NCBI RefSeq assembly: GCF_036321535.1
Contig: NC_087437.1
Span: 86,864,001 to 86,928,000, forward strand
DNA from: Camelus dromedarius
Taxonomy: Eukaryota
DNA length: 64,000 bases
Reading direction: 5' to 3'
In this document: positions 49,740 to 62,109 of the stretch, piece after piece
Position numbering within the stretch: the stretch's first letter is position 1
How the letters are laid out: every line of letters begins with the position of its first letter
Program-made: the position numbers and the translations under genes
The notes under the pieces: model-generated
The model's input: the letters and a program-made list of their open reading frames with translations, nothing else
Databases searched by the model: none
Told to the model about the DNA's origin: nothing

Positions 49740-50062
49740 TAGGATGCTAGTACTTGGAACTAGCCACCGTGTTATGAGGAAGCCCAGGCCACAAAGACAG
49801 GCCATATGTGAGTGTTCCAGCCAATAACCCAGCTATGTCCCAAAATGACAGCTAGTGTTAGTAAGTAGACATGAGTGAATGAGCTTTCAGATGATTCCAA
49901 TCCTCAGGACTGTGTCTTCTATCTGAGGCCCAGACAACTTGTCTCTGCTCTATGCCATGTCTGAATTCCTGACCCACAGAAAACTTGAGAGATAAGTGAC
50001 TTTAAGAGACTTTGTGTTTCAAGCCAGTTAATGAAGTTATGTAACCATAGTAACTGAACCAT
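49740..50062 (+). mobile_element. MaLR MLT1H-like LTR fragment
   Basis: gccaccgtgttatgaggaagccca...catgagtgaatgagctttcagatgattcca...gaattcctgacccacagaa...tttcaagcca. Confidence 0.8.
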
Positions 50063-50509
50063 TCCTTAAAAACACAGAAACAAATAAAAACACTTTGCTT
50101 TAATATTTCTTGATCTGTTTTGTTTACATGCTGTTTTAGAAAAAAGCATTTCTCAAAAATTTTAATCTTATTCTTGGCTTTGGCATTTACTAATCCTTTA
50201 AATATTAGTAAGTCATTTACTATATTTGGATTCTCCTTCACAACTAGAAGATATAATAGCATTCTTTTGTTACTTGTAGTGATATTGCATTTAAAACATT
50301 TATCATTCAATAAATAATAATGAGTTTATTCTATGCGCTAGGCCATGAACCAGGTTATATGTGAGATTAGATTTGTCTTTACAAAACACGCTCTCTCTCT
50401 AAATATTTGAGAGAGACGCATTAATCTAGGTTGAACTAAATTGTATGTTATTAATGATATAGTAATTGAAAAAGGCAGTATTACTCATTTTTCCTCCAAC
50501 AATACATTT

Positions 50510-50585
50510 AAAATTCATTCAACCAATACTGTGTGCCTACTTAACTACTCTGTGCCAGACATTGTATTAGGCGTTTGATAAGTAA
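50510..50585 (-). mobile_element. L2 3' end
   Basis: attcattcaaccaata...tactctgtgccagacattgtattaggc. Confidence 0.6.
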
Positions 50586-51689
50586 TCCGTCAGAATTACA
50601 CTAAAAATTATGTATCATGCTAGAGCCTTCCATGATCAAATGTAGCTAATTGAATAAAGAAAAAATTCCTATTTGCAAAATGTCTTTGAAAATGTGAAAA
50701 TATGAATAATTTAATTTATTTGATCCTGCAAGCGCATACTAAACATTCATGTATTGAAATTTAATTTTATTACCCTAAAATATCATTGTAACTTGATTTC
50801 AATATTCCATAGAGTATGTATATGCATATATAAAATATATATATGATCTCTAGAGTCAGAAACATGAAACAAATTGAATATTAAGAGATCTCCAGCCCAA
50901 GATAAATAATAATATTGGCAAATTGAGTATTCTCTGAAGGAGAGTATCCAAATGAATTTTGACTACAGTCTTTTTCCATTTTCTGTTGCTGAGTTGCTGA
51001 TATGAAATATATATTTATTATATGAAGCATACCTATGGCAGTTAAATTCAGATAGCGTTATCTGTAACAATTTGTATTGGCTTCCTCCCAAGGCTTTTGA
51101 TTTGCCATGTATGAGAATAAATGAGAACCATATGAAAGTCAATAAGTTCTTGATAGTTCATGACATTCTGTGTTCTCTCATCCTTGATTTTAGCAAACAT
51201 TCCAAGGTTTTGGCTTCCATCATTGAAGGTGATAGGCTTCAAAAATGTAAGGGCTTTTCTCTTGGCTTCAGATAAGAATCCCAAACTTAACACACTTCCA
51301 TAAATCATTGGTGTGGAAATCTGTCAGAAAATAGCACAAGAGTACTACTTTTTCCTTGTGGTATTTGGTGTTTCCAAATTAGATTATTTGTTGAATGTTC
51401 AAGGGAGCATGTTTGCTTGAAGAGTTCACCATGTGTCAGACAAATCTCATGCTCTTGAAATGGAGTTCACAGAAATGAAATCAAGGGTAACCGCCTGTTC
51501 CTTCCTTCACCACGGTAGTAAGAATCAAAGGATTTCGCAGCAATGTGTCTCTGCTAGAGAGTCACTGAGTAACATCATGCATATTGAAAAGTGGCAAAAT
51601 GGAGACTACTCAAGATCTTAAATCCAGCGGGCATTTCATAATTGATCATCAGATTTCATCCTCACTAGTAATATTATACTGACAGGTAA

Positions 51690-51895
51690 TAGAGTGTAGT
51701 CACTCAGAGGAAGGATGCTGGAGTTGATTTTGACTGCTGTATATACGTGTGTGATTATTAACCACGCTAAGCCTCAATCTATAAAGTAGATAATAACATA
51801 CTCATTTCATAAGACTGTTGGGAAAAGTTAAATGAAAATTATATATATTAAGTGCTTGGGACATGATGATGTTCAACTGATTACAGTTATTATTT
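51690..51895 (+). mobile_element. MIR fragment
   Basis: ctaagcctcaatctataaagtagataataaca...ctcatttcataagactgttg...aaatgaaa...aagtgctt. Confidence 0.6.
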
Positions 51896-52599
51896 GGAAC
51901 AGATAAATATACTAATACATGTATATGGATGTATATGCAAGAGAGATTATCAAGCAGTTTAAAGATTCTTATTTGTTGTTATTAGTACAATTGTCACTTT
52001 TATTAGTTCCAATTTAAGTGGAAAATTATCTTCCTTCACAGAAGAAAGGTGATAGTTCACTTAGTGGGAACATGTAATTTAATTATGACTATTCTTATCA
52101 ACTTGTAACTGGGTTTTCCCAGAGAATTTCAGGGTGAGGACTTCTGAAACTCTAAAACCTTCATTTTATGGTGTATTTAACTCTACCACTTATTTTCCCA
52201 AATTGTGTCTAGATTCCCCTGGGTCAATAGAATGTGTATCCCAGATGCCCCATAAGAAGGGTAGTTTTGAGTAGGCATGTTGACATTATTTGTACAGATT
52301 AAGAGAGGAGAAAGAATCAGAAAAGCTTTGGCATTTACCTTGTTAAATTTTTATAGCTAAGCTCTGGTTCAAGGATCTACTTAAACGACTTAACTGCACT
52401 AAGAAAAATGGGAGCATTGAGACCTATGAAAAGAGTCCACAAAATTCTATGAAAATGAACTAGTTCTAGCAGAAATCAGTATGTTCCATGATCCAAGATA
52501 CACAACTAGAACATTAACTACTTTTATTGACTTTTTATTTTTGATAAGGACAAAAAAAAGAGATAGTCGTCTTTATTACATTGTCAAAAATTGTTTTAA

Positions 52600-52809
52600 T
52601 ACATTAATCTAAATCAAAAAATTTTAAATGTTTATTACATACCAGGCATTACAATGGGCAAGGGGACATTGTGATTTATAAAATATCGTGATTTATAAAG
52701 CATCAAGGAACCCTCAGCCAGGAGTAGGTTGGGGCATAAAGAAGAGGAATTTCAGTACGAGATGATACATGTTATGCCAGCTTAATCACAGGGCTCTTTT
52801 TCTGCACAA

Positions 52810-52840
<31 letters not shown>

Positions 52841-53785
52841 TGCACACACACACATGCACACACACACACACACACACAGAGGACACCTAAACCAGAGATA
52901 AAGAGACAGGAAATCTGGAGGAGATAGGGAGACCTGAAGAATGACTGGAGATTGGTTAGATAATTCTGGACAAAAGAATGGAAAGTTCAAAGGCTCTGAT
53001 GCATGAAAAAGAAAAACAAGCGTGGCATATTCTGAGAACTACGAGCAGTCCACTGTGGTCGTGTGCGGTGCGGGGAGGAAGTGGGCAGACTGCACAGAGG
53101 AGCAGGGCTTACCCAAGGCAGGTCCCGTGTACCAATACTAAAGAGTATTCTGTGTTCTAGAAACAATGGGTTGGCAGCCACAGGCTAAGTTCAGTTCTTG
53201 GATGAGTCTTCTTCGTTATTAGATGGGTCACCATATTTAAAATATATAAAAATTCTCAAAAGACTCAGATTCAAAGTTCTCTTGAAAGATCACAAATTCA
53301 CATTGAATCCTTGTAGCCTTGTTGCCGAGAAGTTGCTTCTGGAGGAATGAAGAGTGCTTTTATAGGTCACCACCCACATTCCAATTGCTTCCCTCATTTA
53401 CGTACCCGGCCAGGCCCTTGAGGTTTTGGCATTTGCAAGCCTCCCAAGGAGAAAGTACAAAACTAAATTTGCTTCAATATTTTTATGTGTGGTATACATA
53501 CATGTTTATGTTGAACCAGTCTGACTGATATCAGAGATATAAGAGCTGGATTCAGATGAATTATTTAAGAGACTCTTTCAGATAATCCAGCCAAGTAATG
53601 AGGGACCAAGAGAAATGGTGGTAGAAGATAAAGAAAAGACTAGAAGTTAGCATTCCTAATGTGGAATCATGAATTAGTGATCTGAAATAAGAGAGAGGAA
53701 ACAATAAAGGATGACACTGTAATTTCCAGGTCAATCAACTTGAGAGTCATTGTCTCAATTTAGGATGTTCAAGAAGCTGACATCA
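52600..53785 (-). mobile_element. Scattered L2 fragments
   Basis: aaatgtttattacataccaggcatt; gagacctgaagaatga; gataatccag...aggatgacact...aatttaggatgttcaag. Confidence 0.5.
52810..52878. repeat. Compound (CA)n microsatellite, ~34 units
   Basis: Seen directly; explains the CVCVCV ORF at 52772..52990. Confidence 0.97.
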
Positions 53786-54175
53786 AGAAAGAATTAGACC
53801 TGCACAGTAGTTTTTGGTTGGACACGCCTGTGAACAATTGTGACAGAGAAAAGGAGGCATAGGCAGTTTATAGGTTGAGATACACCTCCGACACCTGTGA
53901 AAGGAAAGGGAAAAGGATGGGGGATTGGATAGGAGGCTCAGGGTGCAGGGCAGCCAGGATGACTGCAACAGGAGACCCAAGAGTGCTTATTGAAGGAGTC
54001 TGTCATTGGGGAAGAAATGGCCTGGATCTACTTCTCCCATCTTGCTCCATGGCCTGGTGAAACTATGCTGGGGATTTTGAAAATACAGCAGCTTGAGTTT
54101 GTCAGCTAATTGCTCTCCTTCAAATAAATTCTCTCTGGAAAGGAGATCTGAACAGTGCCCGCCCATAGTGGACAT
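53785..54175 (-). mobile_element. ERVL LTR16-like fragment
   Basis: acgcctgtga...tccgacacctgtgaaagga...ggagtctgtcattggggaagaaatggcc. Confidence 0.65.
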
Positions 54176-54369
54176 AGGTCCATTAACAGAAGTATTGGAT
54201 TCAAGTAATGAGAGAAAAGAGTTAAAAATGTCTGTCTATAAAGCATAAGAAATAGGTAGATTTAGCCAGAGACTGATGTTTCCTGAATTGCCTTTTAGAA
54301 GTATTTGTGTCTTACGCATTATATACATAAGTAACAAGGACTTGAGGCAGAGATTGCTATATGAGTTTC

Positions 54370-54725
54370 AAAAGCTCTTTCCTTTTCTATGTAAGCACAC
54401 TACGTGCCCCAGATCCTCTTGCAGTTCGTAGAGCCCTATGATTGAGCTCTAGTCAATGGAAAGAGAGAGGAAGTGATAAGTGCCACTCACAAGCAGGGCT
54501 CATAAAATCTACCACGGACAATCCCCTCTCACTTTACTGGTTGGAAACAAAGGATTCCAAAACCTTTTACTCCATAAGATAGAATGTGGGATCTGAATCA
54601 TTGCAAACAAGGCCACCTGGAAAACAAGTACTTTGGGTCATTCTGCATTTAAAATAGCATTTTAAAAATTACTTTTAAGCTGATGCCATTTGGAGATTTA
54701 ACTATTACAGCAGCTAACATTGATC
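54370..54725 (+). mobile_element. MaLR MLT1I/J-like LTR
   Basis: tcttgcagtt...tgagctctagtcaatggaa...ggaagtgat...ttggagatt...ttacagcagcta. Confidence 0.6.
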
Positions 54726-55234
54726 TAAAAAAGTGATTCAACATAAACATTTATGTATATCACACATAAAGATATATCGATCTCTACATAGTACCAGAGA
54801 CATCTTTCTCCTTTGAATGTTTTTCTGAAGCTTCAGAATCACATCTTCAATACCTATGAACTTAGTAAGGTTTGGCTAGTATAAATTTAGCAAACTCATA
54901 ATGTTAAACTAACTTCTCCTTAGTCCCTACTTCTAATAATACTTCCATCATTTCCACAAACACTCTGGACACTTTAGGGTTCCCTATGATTCTTACCTTT
55001 TGAACAACTTTCAGGTCAAATTGGTAAATTCTGATAATTCTCCTTTTTTATGTGTCTTTGTATGCATCCCATGCTCCACATTCTATTACCACCATCCTAG
55101 AGTAAGTGTGGCTTCATGCCTACAACACCAAAACATTTCTAACATCATCTTGTCTCCTTAACTTTCAGCTCCTCCCCAAATCATTTTTACAAATAGGCTT
55201 TGTCACTGTCCCCAGAGCATTTTGGGGATTACAG

Positions 55235-55480
55235 TAGCAATTATATTATGGGAAAAGCACAGAATAAGATGATTCCAGTTTGAAATATTTATTCTTCTAT
55301 TTACTAGGGTGACCTTGGGAAGGTGACCTTGACATTCTGAGTCTTGATTTTCTCATCTAGTAAAAGTGGGTTAATCTATTTACAGGATTGTTGCAAAGAT
55401 TTAATGAAGTAACTTGTAAATGGTGACAGTAAAACACCTGTCTCATGATATTGCTTAACATATATTTATGGAATGAATAA
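55235..55480 (+). mobile_element. MIR SINE
   Basis: atttactagggtgaccttggg...tctgagtcttgattttctcatct...aggattgttgcaaagatttaatga. Confidence 0.75.
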
Positions 55481-55784
55481 ATATATTCTTCTTTATCTTC
55501 TCCCTTTATCTCCTGCTTGAAAGTTAATCTCTACTCCACTCAACATGATAACATGCTATTTCTCCTTGAAGGCAAGCTCAAAACTGATCTATTTTGTGAC
55601 CTCATCTCTATGGAAATCTTGATCACTTATCTTGCCTTATATTGTGAGTTAGCTTTTTTAGTTTTCCTCTATAACCGCCGTCTTTAAGTAGGTTTCAGAT
55701 GACTTGGGATCTACTTTATATAATGCATCAAGTATATCTTATAGTGTTATTGGCAGATTTGGTTGGTTGGTTGTTTTTAACTTT

Positions 55785-56514
55785 TGTTTCATTGGGCCCA
55801 TTCAGAATTCCTTCCTTCCTTCTTTTCCCATAAATGATATTCTGACTTTCTTTTGGATAGAAACCACTCTGACACCTCTAGTTCTTATGGATCATCACTT
55901 CCACTTGACCCCACCTACCATCTCCAAGGGCAAGCACAGGACTAAGAACTGCCAACCTAAGCTATTCTTCCTCTTGTCCAAAGTGATCAGACTGAGCTTG
56001 TGAGCCAAGCAAGACCCCACGATTTCTACTAGAACAACCAAGGGACGGTAATTATCTCACAGGAATTACAATGTAGGGTCATATTAACTACAGGAAATTT
56101 TAAGATATACAGTCATCCCTTGGTATCCATGGGGAATTGGTTCTGGAATCTCCCGTGTATACCAAAACCCCAGGATGCTCAAGCCCCATAGTCAGTCCTC
56201 CACATCTGTGGTTCCTCATCTGTGGATTCAGCCAACTGCAGATCATGTAGTATTGTATGTGTTGATCAAAACAAATTTGTGAATGAGTAGAACCATGTAG
56301 TTCAAACCCATATTTTTCAAAGGTCAACTGTAGTCTGCAAATTAACCCAGTTGAGAGAAAAATAGGGTCAGTTAAGAAGGAAAAGAACCATGTGTGCCTG
56401 CTTTCTCAGCTAGGAAGATTATCTCCAGTCTTTCTTGTCACATGGGCTGAAAATTTTATTTTCTTTAAGCCATTTGTTTCTTGTCGCTTAGAATCAAGAG
56501 AACTACCTAATACA
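55785..56514 (+). mobile_element. MaLR MLT1K-like LTR split by a Tigger MITE
   Basis: LTR-like sequence on both sides of 56110-56330; ends ctttaagcca...ttcttgtcgctt...cctaataca. Confidence 0.6.
56110..56330. mobile_element. Tigger-derived MITE (MER8/MER2-like) with TA target-site duplication
   Basis: ta|cagtcatcccttggtatccatggg...ttcaaaggtcaactg|ta. Confidence 0.9.
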
Positions 56515-56749
56515 GTTGTGTTCTTTAACCATAAAGATGATATTTACTGTTTATTTTTCTAGCTTATTGATAATGAGATTTAGACAAAAATGTGGTTAAC
56601 ATAACATGAATCCTTCCTCACTAACGGAGAAAAAAGAAACAGAAGCACATTCTTCTTGACTTACATAAATTTCATTATTTTGCTATTTAAAAAAGCACAT
56701 ATTTTTTATAAATTTTAAAAAAGGTTCAAAGACCACTTCTGTATTCCAA

Positions 56750-59383
56750 TCTGTAAAAAATATTTTCATTATGTTTATTATAAAAATATAAATGTTTCCA
56801 CTACAAATCATTTTACATTAGTAAGAGGCCATCTACATTGTACAACATAAACTAAATGAGTACTGTTTTGAAAATGCAAATTTAAAGTACATACATATTG
56901 CCAATCATATCACATTTATACATGGCTTATTTGATACTTAGTACAGCAAAAACTGGGCAAGTTTCCAGAAATAAATAATATATGTAAATCAAATTTAAGA
57001 TACAAAACAGATAATATGGTACATAACATTGTATGGTTTCATGTTGATTGAAATTCAATGCAGTTCCTGTACAAAGAGATGGCCATGAGCATTCTAGTAC
57101 CTCTACTCCACAGTTAGGAATCGTACACTGCTATGTTTACATATGTACAGGGTAAGGATTGCGTAGAGTAAGTCTATAAGAGGTCAGATAGAAAAATAGT
57201 GAAAAAGTGAAGAGCAATATACTGCGTATACAACCTCTACTTTTCAATGGAAACCACAGCCAAAATAAATGAAATAGATTCAACAATCCTCAACTTCAAT
57301 AGTTCATGAAATGCACAGATTTTGTTGAATATGCAGAGAATAGTACCTAAGAAAGTAAATGCTAGTCTGGAAAAAAAAAAAATGAGATTGAAGCCAGATT
57401 CAGATCTCAATCCAACACTCCACAACACAAAATGTTGATTTACAAAATGATTTTTAGCTGCTTCATATCAGGCTTAAGTGAAATTTGTAATTAATTTCAT
57501 AATCTCATGTATCTTTTTAAAAAGTTCATGCTCTTATATACCCAATAAAGGATTTCTAGTAGGATGATTTGACTATAAGGGACATTGAAGAAATTTAAGA
57601 AATAGTTTCATGTATGAAGGAAAACAACCTAAGCCTTATTACCCTAAATTTACAACAAATTAGCACTTGTGAATTTTGATCTGTGATTGTAAGCTGTATA
57701 AGTGTTGCATATTGCATAAGAAAATAAAGGTTGCAGCAGCATTTTATCCATTCTATTTTTGTGACATATGCATTTCTTATTCCAGTAACATGATCATATC
57801 AGCATTAGAAAGAATATAGATAGAGCTAAAATGTTGCTTCACAATATATTATGGCTAGATCTCCACCATCTACATATTTTAAATGTTAGCAAGTATGCTC
57901 ATATTTGACTTTTATGGAATAGTCAAAGTTCCTGCGATGAGAGATCTCTCCAGACTTTGAGTCTTGCTGGATAACCAGCTATTTTGAAAATGATATGTTC
58001 AATCAATGTCAAGAAGTTCAATGCTTCTAAGATATACACCAAAATTACAATAGGTGCATTTCAGTGAGACGCTTGAGATAAGATAATAATACTTGTTATT
58101 GATGATGACAATGTCTAATTAATTTAACAAAACCCTGTGATACAGATGAGTAGTTTAGTTACCATCATTCCTTATAAACAGCTCAAAAAGTTTAAGCAAA
58201 GATATTAAATGGCATTTCAAAGCCAGTCAGCAAGTGATTTTTTGACTCAAGCATCAGCTTATAGGCTCTGTTGCCAATTAATGCAGCAATCTAAATAGGA
58301 TCCCAATTCTTTCCAGTGTAGCTATTCTCTATTTAGGGGCTCTAATGTGGCTCTTTTACTAATGGAGGGAATTGATGGTCTCCTAAGCACCAGAGCAGGG
58401 CTGGTATGTCATTGAGAATCCACTACACACAAGCCAGTACATTACACTAAATTAGGAGCATACAGTTAATAATAAATGGAGAGACAAAAATGAATGCGAT
58501 AATTCAGACTTTGAGAGGTTTGGTTAGTGTATGAACAAGGGAAGGGTTTGGCTTCTTTCTTTTCATATATAGATATAGATATATATAAGTGGATGGTTCC
58601 AAAAATCTGGAAAGAAACCCATCATTTTCTACGTTTAGTTTATCCCATCTCCTACTGCTGACAATTTGAGAGAGCATTTGGCACTTGGCTGTCACAAATC
58701 TAAATTAAATCAAGGCATAAATAGAAAAAAATAAAAACAATTTGAAAGAAAATAAATACATACTTTTCATCAAAATTAAAACACTTTTTTACATGGTAAT
58801 ACTTAAGGAAGCTAACAATTAAAAATGTGTAGTACTTAAAACAACTACAAACTTCATTTCTATATGCTTTTTAACAGATAAAAGAGAATAATACAATGAA
58901 AATGTAGTAAATATGGCCAGATAGTTTGAGGTATGAATTCCTCTATTCTGTTTGCTTTTAAGGAAACAAAATACCAGTTACAGATTTCTTCTGTGTATAA
59001 AAATATCACAAGTCTTTTCTTTTGTGGCTCTTAGTAAACGGAGCCACCATGTTCATTACCTTATTTCACTTGTTTTGCTTTTATGACAGTCAGTTTATGA
59101 TCAATGGCTCTATGCTAGTTCTTCATCAGTTCACGCTGAAGAATTTTGATTTAATCCAACAACTAATATAAAAAAGCAATTACAAAACAAAATACACCCA
59201 CCCACTCATCCACTAAATGACAGGGGAAATCAAGAGGTTTTCAATTCCATTTTAAGGCATTTGTACTCTTATCTGAGTGTCTTATTGGGCTTGGAACTTC
59301 CACCAATACTTCCAGCGTCATCATCTGTCTGCAGAGTGATGCTACATCTTCCAGAGCCACCACTTCCTTCCAGAAATAGTACT
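56750..59383 (-). other. EPHA3: EPHA3 3' UTR (~2.6 kb); 3' end approximate
   Basis: Runs from the stop codon to an AATAAA on the minus strand at 56779-56774. AU-rich, nearly repeat-free, followed by GT/T-rich sequence. Cleavage site inferred. Confidence 0.8.
56774..56779 (-). terminator. EPHA3: Canonical polyadenylation signal AATAAA of EPHA3
   Basis: Plus-strand tttatt at 56774-56779; many UGUA motifs upstream in the transcript and a GTGGTCTTTG...TTTTTT element downstream. Confidence 0.8.
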
Positions 59384-59489
59384 TTACACTGGGACTGGAC
59401 TATTCTTTGATTGGGTTTCTAGAGCTTTAATACTACTGATGATCTTCTTCTGTGGCCCAACCACAGTGACACCAACCTTTTTCATGTCA
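59384..59489 (-). CDS. EPHA3: Ephrin type-A receptor 3, terminal coding exon (end of SAM domain plus C-terminal tail); partial CDS, upstream exons lie beyond the window
   Basis: Minus strand reads t|GAC ATG AAA AAG GTT GGT... = (D)DMKKVGVTVVGPQKKIISSIKALETQSKNSPVPV*, matching the EPHA3 C-terminus I recall (human ...KALETQSKNGPVPV). Preceded by a T14-AATAG acceptor; TAA at 59386-59384. 106 nt = 1 phase base + 35 codons. Too short for the ORF track. Confidence 0.96.
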
Positions 59490-59682
59490 CTATTAAAAAA
59501 AAAAAAAAGGAGATTTCTGGTGAGAATCATGGCTTCCTGTATAGTATGTAAGTAGATTTTCAATTAGAAAACTTGTGCAATTATATATCCCAGTGCTTTA
59601 GACATAATTTTCTGAATTTTGCATCATTTACCTCTTATATCTCAACCATTCCACCTTTATCCTTGAGGAAGAATACAGATGA

Positions 59683-60115
59683 TGTAGTGAGTTGAATAAT
59701 GTCTCTCTCAAAGTTTCTGTCCATCTGGAACCTCACCACATGCCCTTATTTAGAAATAGGGTCTTTGCAGATGTAATTAAGGCAAGGGTCAAAATGAGGT
59801 CACACTAGATTAGGGTGGTCTCTAAATCCAATGAGACTACCTTTATAAGAGAAAGAGAAGGACACACAGTGACACATAAAAGAAGGCCAAGTAAAGATGT
59901 AGGCAGAGACTGGAGTTACATTTACATTTCCAGGGTCCATCTGAAGCTGGAAGAAGTTAAGAAGGATTTCTTCTTTTGGACTTTGGAGCAAGTGTGACAT
60001 TGCTGATAACCTGATGTCCAACTTCTGGCTTCTAAACTGTGAGAAAGTACATTTCTGTTGTTCAAGCCAGTTCGTCTGTGGTAGTTTGTTATGGCAGCCC
60101 TAGGAATCTAATACA
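59683..60115 (+). mobile_element. Full-length MaLR solo LTR (MLT1B/C-like) in the EPHA3 intron
   Basis: tgtagtgagttgaataatgtc...gaaatagggtctttgcagatgtaattaa...aactgtgaga...ttgttatggcagccctaggaatctaataca; flanks gatga and gacgg. Confidence 0.9.
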
Positions 60116-60615
60116 GACGGCCACACAATCTTTGTGGGGCACTGTCCCACTCCCCTAAATCTGGGCCAGCTTGGGGACTGCTTTGACCCCACAGAGCATG
60201 CTTGAAGTGACTCTGTATTAGCTTCTGCACTCGGGTCTTAAGAAACTAACATATTCCACTTCTTAACTCCTGAGACACCCTCTCTGGGCCCCAGAGCTGC
60301 CATGGAAGGGTATGACTACCCTGAGACTGGGGATACTGGAGAGGCCATCTGTAAGCACTCAGTCTCCAGTCCCAGCTCTGTGTAGTTGTCTGCACCAGGG
60401 CAGACAAGAATGAAATCGTCTGAAGCTCTCCAGACTAGACTGGACTCATAGGAGGTGAATACTTCAGTCAACACCAACTCTGGAGCAGAAGAATCACCCT
60501 CCTGAGCTCTGCCCAAATTCATGACTCACGACATTGTGATATAAAATAACATTGTTGTTGCTTTAGCCTTTTAGTTTGCAGGTCGTTTGTTGCACAGTCA
60601 TAGACAAATGGAACA
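60116..60615 (+). mobile_element. MaLR LTR (MLT1G/H-like)
   Basis: gacggccaca...aatctgggcc...gactgctttgacc...ctgcccaaattc...tgttgttgcttta...atagacaaatggaaca. Confidence 0.8.
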
Positions 60616-60834
60616 ATTTCTTTAAAGTATAAAGTTTTTTCAAAGTAGAAAAAATGGCAAGGATATATCTCTAGGTATCAAAATTATTAAATTTAAAACA
60701 GTGAAAACTCAGAAACCATGTATTAAAATAAAGATTGTAAGAACATATGGAATTTCATTGGAGGAGGGGAAGACTTAGCTAAACATGTGCAAATGATTAA
60801 TTAACTATTCTTGATTTAAGCAATTAGTTCATAT

Positions 60835-61165
60835 AGTCACCACTTTCAGATCTTGACTAAAACATGTCCTTCTTAAGAGAGCTCCCTGACCCTCCTATTT
60901 CATATTGTAAAACTTTTCTGCACTCATACCTGCACTTCTTACTTTCTCTGCTCTTGTTTCAGTTTCTTCCAGAGCGTTTGTCACCACCCAGCTTATTGCC
61001 TTTCTTTCTGGTTTACTTTCTTTACTGTCTATCTTGCCCCACAAGAAGGTGAATTCCATCTGCACAGGGATTCTGGTCGGTTTCGTACTCTGCTTATCAA
61101 TCACACCCTGAACAAGAGCTCTCATTCAGTAGGGGCTCAATATGTACTTACAAAAAAATGAATCG
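60835..61165 (+). mobile_element. L2 3' end
   Basis: ctccctgacc...ctgtctatcttgcccc...ctccatc...cagtaggggctcaatat...atgaat. Confidence 0.7.
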
Positions 61166-62109
61166 ATAGCGCCAAATGTGATTATCTGGGGAAGCTGACA
61201 GAGGATTAAGCATCACTTGGCAAGGAGTGCTAGGCAAATTGAAAATGGCAAGAAGACAAAGCACACACGCCCAAATCACACAGATGGGGCTCCTTTATGT
61301 TGAGCATAAAGAAAGGAATGAAAAATTGGGAATTCAACTACATTGAAATGGATTAATTCATTTCTTAAGAAGTGAGTTCCCAAGCAATGAAGGTGTGCAA
61401 GAAGACAGCAGGTAACCATTTAAGAAGTAATTTACATGTTATTTACATATCAGCTGCATAAAATTAACCAAGGCTCAGCTGCATTCCTAGCACCTGAGAT
61501 GGTAATTAAATCCTGATGACCTACCACCCTGCTGCCTGCCATTCAAGGGGCTGGTAAATTCTCTAGGGACAACGTATATATTTTTTTGCCTGAGGTCCTC
61601 TCTGGGCACTTCATCTACCTTGCTTCACCAGGAAAGCTAATGGGGAGGTAGGGTGACATACAAGCTTGTGCCCCTTTGTGTAACTGTGGATAATGAACCT
61701 TTTGTCTGTTTATGTTGATCCCTGCTTTTGAGAATGTCTGCTCTACAGGATTTTGATTCTTTTATAAACATACCATGTATCCATCTTTAAAAAGAACAAC
61801 ACACATTTCCCTACTTGTCCTCAAACTACAACAAAGTCAGGCTATGAATCCAGAGCCAGAAGACAGGGTGGCTATAAATACACGCCCACAAATCAACAGA
61901 GCCTCACTGGTTCTGCATTCTCTCATCTGTCTTCCATTCTATATCATATTTTTTTTATGACTTGCTGATTTTTTTTCTCTATCTCTTCCTGTCCCCTTTC
62001 TTTACAAGCTTAAAAAACAAAACAACAATCATGGAAAGCAAGAGGAAAAATGCTCCAAGGTAGTGTACTACTTTCCTGAGCTTGTTGGGAAATTTAAGTG
62101 TAATGAAAG

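Noticed and set aside
50389..50419. Hairpin-like ctctctctct...gagagaga
   Set aside because: Low-complexity arms, too short for a pre-miRNA.
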